Below are positions 14,842 to 37,068 of a stretch of DNA of 64,000 nt, piece after piece. Source of the stretch: the human T2T-CHM13v2.0 reference genome, Homo sapiens; NCBI RefSeq assembly GCF_009914755.1, contig NC_060933.1; one strand, 5' to 3'. The notes under the pieces are model-generated. The model did not search any database, was not told where the DNA came from, and saw only the letters and a list, made by a program, of their open reading frames with translations. How positions within the stretch are numbered: position 1 is the stretch's first letter; every line of letters begins with the position of its first letter. A program made the translations under genes and the position numbers.

Positions 14842-16639
14842 TTTTTTTTTTTTTTTTTTGAGACAGGGTCTCTTTCTGTCACCCATGCTGGAGTGCAGTG
14901 GTGCGATCTCAGCTCACTGCAACTCTGCCTACTGGGTTCAAGCAATTTTTCTGCCTCAGCCTCCTGCGTAACTGTGACTACAGGTGATGGCAGCGGTGGC
15001 CCGTCTGGACCAGCCACTGCCATGATGCCAGCTGTAGTGGGTGAGGCGTGGCCAGGGCTGCACGCTCCATGGAGCTGGCAGGAGCCGGGAACAGGTAGAA
15101 ATCTTGCCCGCTTCCAAGTTGGAGGGGTGGGAGTTCCACCCTCCCAGGCGCAGCTGCAGTTGCCCAGCTGTGGCTGCAGACCTGAGCATCTCTGCACTCT
15201 TGGGGGCCTGGGAAGCCCCCCTGCCTGCACAGGCTCAGAAGTGCCTGCTCCTGCTGCCTGGCCCTCTCCTCACTTCCAGGACCTGCTCCGATTTTGGAGC
15301 AAAGTTGTAGCTGAACCTGGGCACTGTCATGACCTGGCCAGGTGTATGTGCGCTCAGGGCAGTGCTGACATGCCAGGCCCCTGCCGCCTTGGCCCCCTCT
15401 GGATGTTGGGCACCGTCGAGCACAAGAGGGAGGCCGAGGTGGGGCTAACAGCCTGGGTGTGTGTGGCCACCATAAGCAGGTTAATGGTGGCAGGAGGCAG
15501 ACAGGCTCCTGGATGGAAAGGGGTGGGTCCTGGTAAGCCCTACCTTCAAGCCAGGAATGGCCTGAAGCCCAGGGCCCAGGCTGTCAGTTCCGCAGACTGG
15601 AGTGAGAACTTATGTTGCCTTTTCCGGGCCCACTCATGGCTGCCCATGGACAAATCAGCATGCACATCCTGCCCTCTGAAGGCCATAAAAACCCCAGACT
15701 CAGCCAGACAACAGGATGGCCTACCTGAGGAGGGGAGCTACCCACTGTGGGTCTCCTCTCAGCTGAGAGCTGAGCAGATGTTGAGGAGACCTGCCTGCAG
15801 AGAGGAGCTACCCACTCCAGGGTCTCCTTGAGAGCTGTACTGTCCCTCAATAAAGCATTTCTTCACTTTACTTGCCCTCCAGTTGTCTGCATACCTCATT
15901 TTCCTGGATGCGGAACAAGAACTCGGGACCTGCCAAATGGCAGGATTAAAAGAGATGAAAGAGCTGTAACACAAACAGGGCTGAAACATGCCCCTTGCCC
16001 ACCACGTTGTGGGCAATGAGGAGAGAAGAGCTGCAGCCCTTCGGGGATCCCAGACCCAGGAGGTCCGTGAGCCGGGGCTGTGACACCTTCTTTGGGGCTC
16101 TGCAGTTCCTGGCATCTCCAAGCTTCCAGGTGCCACCGTGTTTCCCAGTGTCAGCAGAAGCTGCTTGAGGTATGCCTGGTACAGCTGCAGCCCTGCAGGG
16201 AGCCGGCGCCTGTGCCAGTGCCTGGAGCTGCCCACCCCACTGCAGCCAGTGTGCCTGGCTGTGCACAGTGGCTGGGCCTGGAGCTTGCTCGCTCACACAC
16301 CCCTTGCTGCTCTGTGCCTGGCTCACCCTCAGAGGTGTGGGATCCGGGCCGGTAGTGCAAACCTGGCACAGCCTGCTGGGCCGAACGGGTGGAATGAGCC
16401 CAGCAGGCACGAGCAAAACTTGGGTAAAGGCACCACCGGCCACAGAGGTTTCTGGCGGGTGAAGCGACACCCCAAGGATCCTGTGACACACACTGCACCT
16501 GCTTAATTTTCGTAATTTTAGTAGACATGGAGTTTCACCATGATAGCCAGGCTGGTCTTGAACTCCTGACCTCAAGTGAGCCACCCGCCTCAGCTTCCCA
16601 AAGTGCTGGGATTACAGGCATGAGACACCACACCCAGCC
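14842..16639 (-). mobile_element. Alu split by the LTR (14842-14984 plus 16489-16639)
   Basis: Poly-T and right arm stop at ...GACTACAGG; the linker and left arm resume after 16488. Confidence 0.9.
14985..16488 (+). mobile_element. Solo ERV1 LTR, MER52-like (~1.5 kb), antisense to NACC2 and inserted in an Alu
   Basis: Begins TGATGGCAGCGGTGGCCCGTCTGG and ends GGATCCTGTGACA (TG...CA termini, resembling remembered MER52 ends). ATAAAA at 15685 and AATAAA at 15849. Confidence 0.8.
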
Positions 16640-16792
16640 CTTCCTTGCTTTTTCAAAGGAATCCTTTAGAAATATACACCCCATCCTTAGTTTGCAGGCT
16701 GTACAAAAACAGGACACGGGACAGATCTGCCATAGTCAGAGGAGGCTCATCCCTGTTGTAGACATTCAGAAGATCTTAAAGAGGGTACTGGA

Positions 16793-18115
<1,323 letters not shown>

Positions 18116-19079
18116 TAAGACAAAGAAAAAAGAACAAGAAAACACAGAACTTTTCCTTAAAGCAAAATTAGAGGGCAATCTCTCTTGTGAACATGGTGAC
18201 ACAAATCCTAAAGAAGTTCTAAAGAAAATATTAGCAAATAAGAAATGTATGATCTCATCCCATACAGCTAGTGGCCACTCATGGAACCGATTTAACCCAC
18301 ATGGCTTTTACTGCTGCCTCCAGGCCCTGGCTCTGCATTCCCACCTCCTCTAACTGTGAGGTTTTGGCATCTGCACCAACACCCACAGCTGATGTGTACG
18401 GGCAGCTGTTAACAGCTTTCCCGATGCTAGGGCCTGGTGCTCTGCATAAATGAATGGGGGGCAAGGGGCGCCCTCGGCAGCACCCCTGGTGATCACTGCC
18501 CAGGTTTGACCACAGAAGGGATGATTTCCCTCCCGCCAGACTCCTGGGATCCCACCGGCCTTTTCTGTCTCAGGCTCTGTCCAGGACTTTAACAGAGAAG
18601 GATCCATGGCTCTGGAGAGCCGTCCAAAAGGAGGGGAAGGATTATCAGCGAGCTGCATCCAGAGGCATGTATAACAGAAGGCTGCCACAGCACAACTCAG
18701 TTGAATTTATTCCAGGAATACGAAGTTATTTCAATATTTGGAAAAGCAGTCAATGCAACTAAGCACATTAGCAGGGCAGCAGAGGAAAACCACAGGACTG
18801 TTACAATGCTTAGAGAAAGCTTTTGTTACAATGCAACACTTACGAGGAAAAAAAAAACCCTCTTAACCTAGGAAATGAAATAAATTTCCTTAATCTGATA
18901 AAATGTATCACAGTAAGGCCTAGAGCAAACATCCTACTTAAAGAGGAACAGTGGAAGCTTTTCCTGAGTTTAGAAATGAGACAGGGATATGTAAGAAGTT
19001 CTGGCCAGTTCAATGAGGCAAGAAAGAAGAAATAAAGAAATTGTGGTTATGAGCAGATGACATGTCTGTATCCAGAACA

Positions 19080-21590
<2,511 letters not shown>

Positions 21591-22929
21591 TCAGAGAGCA
21601 GTACCTGATTCAGGCAGGAATCATCAATAAATACTAGAATTAATGGATGGAAGGCTGAGGACAGGCAGGATATTTACACAGCCTCTTCTCACAAAGGGGA
21701 GAACAGTGACCACCTGGCAGAGAACACCTGCACCAAACCATCAAAGGAACATCACCAATATTGAGCCAAAGTGGTGTCACGTGACTCCTGTGACGCACCG
21801 AGAAGGTTCCGCTGCTGTGAATTGCAGCTGAAATGCACAACCTGACCCCAGTCCTGAGGAGAAACCTGACAAACCTAAAGAGAGGGACATTCTACAAAAT
21901 AATGAACTGCGCTTTTCAAAGGATCAGTGTCAAAAAAGATAGAGGCTGAGACACTATTCTAGAATAAAGAGATGAAAGAGAAGAACCACAAAATGCAATG
22001 TGTGATTCTGGATTAAATACCACATCAGGGAAAAAACCACTGCTCTAAAGAACAATATTGAGACAACTGGAAAAAGGTACAGTCTGTAGTTACATGAGGA
22101 TGATGGATTGAGATAACACTTCTTGAATTTTGCACAGCGTACTGTGATTATATAAGAGAATGTCCTTGTTTGTTAAAAAAAAAAAAAAGTTCAGCCTTTT
22201 GATGTAAAGGGCATAATATCTGCAACTTACTTTCAAATGGTTTAGTGAAAAACCTCTACATGTAAAAAGAATGACAGAGCAGATGTGGTAAATTCCTACC
22301 AATTGTGAAGGGGATACAGAAGTTCTCCGTACTTATCTTACAACTTTTCTGCAAGTTGAAAATGATTTCAAAACAATGTGTGTTTTTTGTTTTTTTACAA
22401 ACATAGAACATCATCATGATCCTGAGGGAGGAAGAAATTTCTTTAAATAGGATATAAAAACTGCTATTGTACAAAAAGTTTGATAAACTTCACTATAAAA
22501 AATTATATTAACAAAACGGAAAGTTGCACAGTGGGAGAAGCTACTTACGTGTCTGACAAAGGATGCCAATTCACAGTGTAGAACGTGCAAAGTGGCAAGA
22601 AAAGGACAGATAACTCACTCTGCGAAGAAGTGGGGCAAAATATTTAAATAGGCACTTCACAAAGGAGGATGTCCAAGTGGCTGATAAGCCTATGAGAATG
22701 TGCCCAACGTCATGACTCATTATTGAAATTCTACCTAATACCACTGTGAGAGAATCAAGGACGGCAACTTGGAGATGCTCAACAATGTAACAATTACAAT
22801 GTCCAGCATCTATTAAAAAAAACAAACAAGTGAAAAACCACAGAAAGGTCACCTTAAGGAGAAGAAAAATCAGTAAACAGAAACAGACCAAGAAATGACA
22901 AAATGCTAGCATTAGCTGATACAGGTTAT

Positions 22930-23032
22930 TTTATATATACATACACACACACATAAATACATATATATACACACATACACATACATCTATATAAATACAC
23001 ACATATACATATACATATATATACACACGTAT
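22930..23032 (+). repeat. TA/CA low-complexity repeat
   Basis: Direct observation. Confidence 0.85.
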
Positions 23033-23598
23033 ATTAGCTGACAACTGGCTATTATAAACATGATCAGAGCATTATAAAACAAAACAGGAATGAGGGGAGA
23101 AATGGAAAGTATAAAAAAGAACAAAACAGAACTTTAGAAAAGAAAGCCCTTGAGCATGAAGAAACCACAGCAGAGATTACTCGGCTGAAAGCCTATAGAA
23201 GAAAAAGTCTAAATAATAATCAGAACCTCAGTGACAAAAACATACATTTAGTTTAACTTCTAGAGGGTAAGGGGCAGAAGAATATTTGAAGAAACAATAA
23301 TTTTTAAAATCCCAAATTTGATTTTTTAAAAAAGTAAAAATGCACGTGTTCAGAAAGCTCAACAAATCCTAAGCAGAATAAATACAAAGCAACACAAAGG
23401 CATCTAATAGTCAAATTACTGCAAACATGAGATAAAAGCAGCCTAAGAAGAAGACACAATAAACACAGAAGAACATAGATAAGGATGACTGTGATTTCCT
23501 GGGCAATCCAGAAGACAAAGAATATGACACCCTTAAAGTACTGAAAGCAAAAAAGAACCGTCAACCTAGAATTCTATATGCAGCAAAAGCTTCCTTGA

Positions 23599-24270
<672 letters not shown>

Positions 24271-24708
24271 AAGTTTTCATTTCTATTGGGTCAATTAACC
24301 TAAGAGTAGGTTATATGGTTAAAAAAAAAATGAAAACTTAAGTGCATACAAAATCCAGTACACACATGTTTATGGCAGCTTAGTTCATAATTATTAAAAA
24401 CCTAATGTCCTTTAACCAGTGAATGCGTACACAAATTGTGGTGTGGCCATACAATGGAATACTACTTACTCAGCAACAAAAAAGAATCAATGCTAATACA
24501 ACATGAATGAATCTCAAAATGTATTCAGATCCAAGAGGCCACATACTGTATACAACACCATCTATAAGCCAGGAAACAGATTAGCGGTGGCCGGGAGTCA
24601 GGGGAAGCGGGGGGAAATGACCACAAAGGGGCAGGATGAGTTTAGAGTGATGAAATTGTTCTATATCTTGACTGGGGAGGTGACTACATGACTATACGTA
24701 TTTTTTTA

Positions 24709-27935
<3,227 letters not shown>

Positions 27936-28488
27936 ATGAAGCATTGACCTATTCTTCAACATGGGTGATTCCTGATGCCAAAAGAAAAAAGCCAGTCACA
28001 GTATATCATACGATTCCATTGAACCAAAGTGCCCAGAATAGGAATCTACACAGAGAGTAGACTAGTGCTTGTCTAGGGCTGAAGGGAATACGGGGAAATA
28101 GAAATATCTGCCAAATGCCAAGGGGTTTCTTTGGGGGATGACAGAAATATTCCAAAATTGATTGTAGTGATGGCCACACAGCTCTGAATATACAAAAAAA
28201 ACACTGGATTATTACTTTAAACAGATGAACAGTATGGCGTGTGAATTACGTCTCAATAAAGCTATTACATCTATGAATGACATCCATATATTAAAAGCTG
28301 GGGGAAATTACAGTGGCAAGAAATTGAGAGATGTACTTTCTTCATGGATTAGAAGCCTCAATATTGTTAAGAGGTCAGTTCTTCTCAAACTGATTTACAG
28401 AATCAGTGCAACATCGATCAACATTTTAGTAATCTTTTAGTTAGAGATCAGCAAACAGCAAAGGACTACGATAATCCTTCAAAACAAT

Positions 28489-30612
<2,124 letters not shown>

Positions 30613-30722
30613 AATACAAATACTTTAGCAAGCAAAAAAGGCGGGGAGGAGAGAACAATGGCCTAGACGGGCCACACCACAGATGCACCATATCTACAGG
30701 ATGCTGATGAAAGCAGACAGAT

Positions 30723-30915
30723 GGTCCAGTGCGGTGCTCCCACCTGTAATCGCAGCTTTTTGGGAGGCTGAGGCGGGAGGATTTCTTGAGCCCAGGAATT
30801 CGAGGCCACCTGGACAATATAGCGAGACCCTGTCTCTATAAATAATTACAAAATTAGCTGGGCATAGCGGCACATGACTGTGGTCTCGGCTCCTCGGAAG
30901 GCCTGAGTTGCAGGG
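30723..30915 (+). mobile_element. Truncated old Alu
   Basis: Left arm and partial right arm. Confidence 0.8.
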
Positions 30916-31788
30916 GTATTGGCCCTTCAAAGCAGAAGGAACCCTTCACCCCCGACCCCTGCAGCCAACGGCACTCCCCGGTCTGGCCATCTCTGCTTGG
31001 GGCCTCCTCTTGGGCCCCACCCTATCCAGGCCAGAGATGAAGGCACCCTCTGCTCCCTGGGTGGTGGTGGGGGGGCTCTAACAGTGCGGACGCCCCCGTC
31101 CCAGGCCACAAGGCAGCAGAGTGGGGACGATGGTGCGATTTGCATACTCAGCAACCCCAAGTTCAGCCCCTCTTCTTGCTTCTCTCTGGGAACCCCAAAC
31201 AACAGTCCTGAGTTTTGAGCTGCTGGTGGGAGCGGCCTCGGACATACAGCCCTGCTCCCCGACCGGGCAGGTGTACCTTCCGGATGGGTAATGGTGGGGG
31301 GTGAGTGGCTGCAACGGAGACCACCCTAGCCAGCAGCCCTGGCCACCTGGGTTCTGTGGCCCAGGGCCGGGAGCACCCCACCCAAGCCTGGGTGTTCAGC
31401 CGGGGGATGGACGGGGCCAGTGCTGACCTTGCAGGTCACCCTGAAAAGGGTGGGGCCCGCAGCAGGCCTCTCCTGATGGGCAGAGCCAGGACAGATGTGC
31501 TGCTGTGTGCCACGACCCACACCCAGTGGCATCTGTCCAGGGTCCAGGATGTGGGCAGCTGGTCTGAGGCTGGATGGGAGGGTCTCCTGGACCCTGAGCA
31601 GTTCCAACTTTGCCTGTTTTGCCTGAGTTCAGACCGCCCCATGGAAGTGGGTACCCAGCTTAGGGATGGGTGCCTGACCCCCATGCCCTGCAGAGAGGCA
31701 CACAGGGGACACCGGGTGGACCCCAGAGAGGTGGGGGTGGAGGGAGCCAGAAGGGAAGGGGAAGCGGACATGCACAGGGCCACCCACT

Positions 31789-31900
31789 CACGGGCCCACA
31801 GGCCCTGTGGCCAGAGCTGTCCCCTGCCAGGAAAGGGTTACCGTCACGGGCCCACGGGCCCTGTGGCCAGAGCTGTCCCCTGCTGGGAAAGGGTTACCGT
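31789..31900 (+). repeat. Tandem duplication, 2 x 56 bp (53/56 identical)
   Basis: CACGGGCCCACAGGCCCTGTGGCCAGAGCTGTCCCCTGCCAGGAAAGGGTTACCGT repeated with three mismatches. Confidence 0.95.
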
Positions 31901-34546
31901 GGAAGTGTGCAGCTGGTGTCAATACCCAGGCGTGGCTTTGTCTCTGCCAGCCACACAGAGTGACATCTGCCAGCTGCAATTAAACATCTGCCCGCCCGAA
32001 GCCACTGCTGAGGGCATGAAAGGGATGGCCGGGCGAGCCCCATCAGGCACAGGAGGGGGTGTGGGCGCAGGTCCGGGCAGCCCCCTCCCCTTCAGAGGAC
32101 AGGAGAGAAGCCCCAGCATGGCACTACCCCTTCCCTCTGCGAGCTCCATTTCCCTGTCCCTCGACCTCAGCGGTCTGCCATGCCACAGGTGCCCGTCCTC
32201 AGCTTGGGTGACAACGGCCACCCCCACTCAATGAAATAACCGTCAGGGCCCCGTGCTGTCATCTGCCCTGGGGTAAAAGCAGCTGCCATGACCGTCTCGG
32301 CTGTTGCAGGGACCTGTGGATCCAGATGTGCCAAGGAGACCACGGGAACAGACCCCTGAGCGCAGCTGGGGAGCCCCCACCCCAAGCCCAGCCCCAGCTG
32401 GCGCTGCCCACCCGGCCGGCTGCCTTGCCGGGGAAGCCCCGGCTCCCGGTGTCCCTGCTGGACGTTCAGATGCCCCCGAGCCCTGAGCCCCAGCGGGAAT
32501 GCAGCCGCACCCTGGGGGAATGAAGGCGGGTACGCGAGGAAGAGGGCCCGAAGAGGAAAGGGGCTCCCGCTCAGGCCACAGCACCACCAAGTCCCAAGGC
32601 ACAGGCTCCCTCTGCCCGGCCCACCTCCTGCTCTCTGGAGGGGCTGGCCCCTGACTCACCCCCGTGGTGGGGCGGGAAGGGATGGGGGTGCAGGGGAGGC
32701 GGAGGCAGGCATTTCGCAATCTCTAGCTCAGATGCAAGGCCCCTGACAACGCCAGGCAGGGACGCCTGCGCCTCACCCTCTGGGAGGTTTCCCCATCAGC
32801 CAGAGGGGAACTGCACTGGGCGTTTCCCTTCCGGTGGATACGATGTTTTTCTTTCACCCCTGGGTGCACCCCACCCCCAGCTCATCTTGCTCCGGGGTCT
32901 CCCGAGGCTGCCGGCCACAGGGCCAGGAGGAAGGTCCCTGCCTGCCGCAGGGGTGATGGCTTAAGGCCCAGGAGGGCGCCCTGAAGTGACTGCTGCAGAG
33001 ATGAGGGCTGGTGGGTGGGAAGCACTGAGCGTCCCGAGCCAGCGTCCACCTGATGGGGACCGAGACGGGGCCTGCCTCGCTGCGGGTGGGGGGGCTTGAA
33101 CTCGGCCCCATCAACCTCACACACCCATGCATGGCGCCTTCTCGCAGCTTTGCTCCTGACTGCAACAAACTGAAAACAACCTGAATGTCCTTTGATAAGG
33201 CACTGGAGAAATCAAACGTGGCGGCTCCTTCTGACGGGTGGTGACGCGGGACCTGGAGGGAGGGAGGAGAGGCACGAGACAGACACCGCATGGAGACCCT
33301 TGCCGTGAGGCCACACAGACCATGGGGCGGGGGCTGTGCCGGGGACAAAAGGCAATTAACTTTATCTGTAATATTTTGACTTATTTCAAAAACAGGAGAA
33401 CAGCCCTACAGGACAAACTGTCCATGGTTCTTAACGCGAGAGAGGGTGGAACAGGCACACGCATTACCACACACCAAGGTGCAGCTCCGGGACCCTCGGC
33501 AATCGCTCAGGCCCGCCTCTCACTCAACAGGTAGGGAGACTGAGGCCAGGGAGGAGGAGGAGCTCAGCCTGCAGGGACCTTAGAACACGCTAGTCCTACC
33601 AGCCCAGAGAGACAGCTACCTGCCTCCACTCCTGCACGGCCTGGCGAGGGCAGCAGCCAGCCTCCTGCGTGGGTGTGAGGACGTTCCCCGGACGAGCCCG
33701 GGACACGGAGGGCACGGGGAGCTAGCACCCAGGGGCAGCTCCAGGTCAGGCGACGGCCCCTCCCTCTACCTGCTCCCCCCATGGCACCGCCAACCCAGCA
33801 CACCCAGCGACGCCAGCAACGTCACAGCCAGTAACCTAGATTTTAACCAAGAAATCACACACCCCCTTTCTCTGCCCCACTTATGGGCTTGCCGAACAGA
33901 AAAACCATGACAAGAAACCCAGACTGTGGCATCCAGAGCCAAACTGTATGGTAGGTGGGCGGGAGCAGGCCTGGCCTCCCAGCCGCCCACTTTCCACCTC
34001 GCTGGCATCAGCGACACCCGTGCAAAGGCAGAGAATGCCGCGCAGCACCTGCGGCCTGGACAAAGCCCTGCAGGAACATGGCCTTGAGGGTGTCCCCACC
34101 CCTCAGCCCCAATGGGACTGTACCTCGTGTGGTCTGAGTACGGGGGAGTTGGAGGGAAGGACTCACCAGAGCAGCTGCCTCCCGTCCCCACCCAACACAC
34201 ATCCGGGACTCCACAGAGCCGCTTCCTGGCTGCGGTCCTGCTGACTCCCCAAAAACCCATCAAGGCAGGTGGGCGTGAGGGCTTCTAGCTCACGAAGTCC
34301 AGGCGATGTGAGGGCTTAAGGCTGACCCAGCACCCAGGGGCAGATGCATGGGACAAGTCACGAGGCTTCACCGTGCTCCCAGCAAACCCGACACCCAGCC
34401 CTGGCTCCCATCACCCCAAACACACCAAGGCCCAAGGTCACATTGGAGCAGCAGGGGGCTGTGCAGGGAGGACCCTGGGAAGATGTTTGGATACGATGGG
34501 TCTGTTTCCATCTCCATGGTGCAGCTCCCTGACCCGTCGGCAACCC

Positions 34547-34602
34547 GTCGGCAGGGCCCTGTCTGGCTGCCATTGTCGGCAGGGCACTGTCTGGCTGCCA
34601 TC
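34547..34602 (+). repeat. Tandem duplication, 2 x 28 bp
   Basis: GTCGGCAGGGC(C/A)CTGTCTGGCTGCCAT(T/C). Confidence 0.9.
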
Positions 34603-36123
34603 AATGGGGGATGTCCTCAGGGACTGTAGGGGTGCCCAGCCTGTCTGGGGTTCTGCCCTGGGACTGGAGCCCATGGACAGAGCTCCTTCCCAACAGGGGC
34701 CCTGGGTGGGCCTTGGGAGCCTTCCCCAGCAGCCTCTGGCTGGTCCCCTGCCTTCCCTGGGGTGGCTGTCAGCAGGGGCAGAGGGAAAGCGCACATGGGG
34801 CGGATTCCCCGGAGGCCTCAGCCAGCCGGGTCCACAAGCACTGACATCCTGTACGGCCTCTGTGGTGAGCCGGAGCCCGGTGTGCTCTGCCCTCAGGAAG
34901 GGCCAATTCCGTAGCTAGCAAAGCTCCCAGTCTCAGGAAAAATCAAGCCCTACCCCCTACCACTAAAAGAAAACAAAAGCTGTGAAGCCCAGATCGAGGT
35001 GGCCTGTGAGCTGGCATTCTGTGGGATTCATGCAAACACAGCAATATACATTTAAACCAAGTGCGGAGTTCTCAGGAAGACACCACGGAGCCCAGAGCAC
35101 CTGCTGGCAAGGCAGTGGCTTCTCCTGCAGGCGGAGAGGGAGCCAGGTTGGCCAAAGCAGTGGTTACCCTGCTGTCCCGGCTGTGGTGACAGACGCTGCA
35201 CAGGGACCCAGCTGGCCTAGGGGTCCAAGCTGGTGGGTGGTCCTGGCCCCCTCTGCCCCCAACCAGCACTGCAGGAGGGGAAGGGCAGGGGGGCGTCCCA
35301 TCAGGGCACAGGGATATGCGTGGTGGGGTGGAGAGAGTCCCTACACTGCCCCTCGGGGTCCACCACCTGCCCGTGGCTGGCATTATGCACCCGCACCCAG
35401 GCCCAGGCCGCTGCACACAGGCCCTGCATGCAGACCAGCCAGGTGGCCAGCCCAGACACACAGTCAGGTTGCAGGGACACCCGATCCTGGGCACCAACTG
35501 TGGGACTCTGCCCAGCAAAGCCTGAACAGTCTCCAGAGGCTGTAACCAGGAATCTCCAATTAGGGCAACCTGGGTTTGTGGGGCCCAGGACGGGGAGCAG
35601 CCCTCCTTGAAAGAAAGGAACGGACAGGAGGGGGAGCGACTGCTCACTCGGCTCAGCACACCGGGCGCTTCCTGGCCCATCCCTGGCGCGGGGCCTGGAG
35701 AGGTGGTGGCAAAGGGGCTGGGTTCAGGGGACTCTCTAGACCTGGCCGGGTGAGGCGCAGACTGAGGTTAAAGGGGAAGTAGGCGGGTCCTCCCGTACAC
35801 CGCGTGGCGCCAGGCCCTTCACAGACGGGGAACGTGAACCCTGGGGCAGGTCCCTGGGCCACGGGACACCTGCGTTTCCTCATCTATCCAGTGGAGACAA
35901 GACCCTTCCTACAGGCTGGCAGAGTCTCCTAGGAGTTCTTGTCTCATCCAGGACCAAGTCTGAACCCCATGGTGAACAGAGCTCTGCCACCTCCTCCAGG
36001 CTTGGTGGGGGGCTCCCCTGTGGCCCCGCAGGCCTCCGGCCCAGTGGCCTCCTGAGCCGCCCGGGTCCCAGGCAGGCCCCGCTTCCCAGCCAGGTGGTGT
36101 GGGGCTCCACCCCGCCGCGTTAC

Positions 36124-37009
36124 CTGCATAGCTGCCGGAGGCCTTGATGTACATCTGGCCGTACTGCTCCTCCACCATGGTGTCGTAGGCCTCGTCGTCC
36201 TCCTCGTCCTCCTCGTTGTGGTACGAGGTGGGGCTGTCGGTGGTGGGCAGGCTGCTGGCGCCTGGACTGGTCCGCTCCCCCTGGGGGTAGGGCATCTGCT
36301 GGATGCCGGGGATGAGGGTGGCCAGGCTGGGCACCCCGTAGTAGGAGACACGGGGCAGTTTGAGAGGGGCTGTGCCCGCCGCCACCGCAGCCCCCGCGGC
36401 CACCGCCACGCCGTCCCGGGGCCCCGTCTCCAGCGGGCGCTTGGGGGCCAGGCCTGGGCCGGCCGGCGGCAGCTCCATGGCTTCATGCTTTACTCGGGTC
36501 AGCAGCGGGATGGGCACCGAGGGGGACACGACGTAGGGGGCCGCGGCGGCGGCGGCCGGCTGCAGCTGGTTGCAGGGGCTCTGGGGCTCGGAGCCGGCGT
36601 CCTCGATCACAGCGGTCTGCGAGTCGCAGTGGGGCGAGCTCACCTTGAACATGAGGTCGGTGCCGCGCTCCACGATGTGCTGGATCTGCAGGAAGCCGGC
36701 CGTGTACATGACCACGAGCTGCTCGCTGGCCGTCATGGTGAGCCTGCCCGTGTAGCAGAAGGACAGGATCTGCTGGAAGCAGGCGGGCGGCACGGAGCCG
36801 GGCAGCTCGAAGGCGCTCTTGCTGTTGCCGCTGAACAGGTCGCGGAAGTAGAGGCTGCTGGCGGCCAGCACCGCCCGGTGGGCCTTGAAGGCCTGGCCCT
36901 TGACCACGATGGACACATCGCAGTAGAGGCCCAGCAGGCGCTGCTCGTTCAGGCAGCCCAGCACTGTGTTCCCGAAGTTGGGGATCTCGATGTGCAGCAT
37001 CTGAGACAT
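36124..37009 (-). CDS. NACC2: NACC2 first coding exon (886 nt CDS): BTB/POZ domain and low-complexity linker
   Basis: ATG at 37009 in GCCCGCCATGT context. Translation [52 protein letters not shown]... is a BTB domain recognised as NACC2. Donor GCAG|GTAACG at 36124/36123, phase 1. Confidence 0.97.
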
Positions 37010-37068
37010 GGCGGGCGGGCAGCGGCGGGGCTGGGCTCTCAGCGCGGGGCGGCCCTAGCGGGGCTCAT
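37010..37068 (-). other. NACC2: 5'UTR part of NACC2 exon 2 (59 nt)
   Basis: Acceptor TGCCCCCCACAG| ends at 37069. An in-frame TAG at 37057-37055 precedes the main ATG. Confidence 0.85.
37039..37068 (-). other. u[12 protein letters not shown] in the NACC2 5'UTR
   Basis: ATG AGC CCC GCT AGG GCC GCC CCG CGC TGA read directly. It is out of frame with the main ORF and ends 29 nt before the main ATG. Confidence 0.7.

Larger units (their letters stand above)
14741..16755 (+). mobile_element. MER58-like hAT-Charlie element split by the Alu/LTR (14741-~14830 plus ~16645-16755)
   Basis: 5' end CAGGGCTGGCAAACTT...GGGCCAGAGAGTAAATACTTTAGG; 3' end CCTTAGTTTGCAGGCTGTACAAAAACAGG...CCCTG. Termini are inverted CAGGG/CCCTG. 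Confidence 0.7.

Noticed and set aside
35909-36123. The ORF track extends NACC2 to 366 aa (GNAAGWSPT...)
   Set aside because: Read-through past the donor at 36124/36123 into intron 2. I saw no nearby minus-strand AATAAA to support a terminal-exon isoform.
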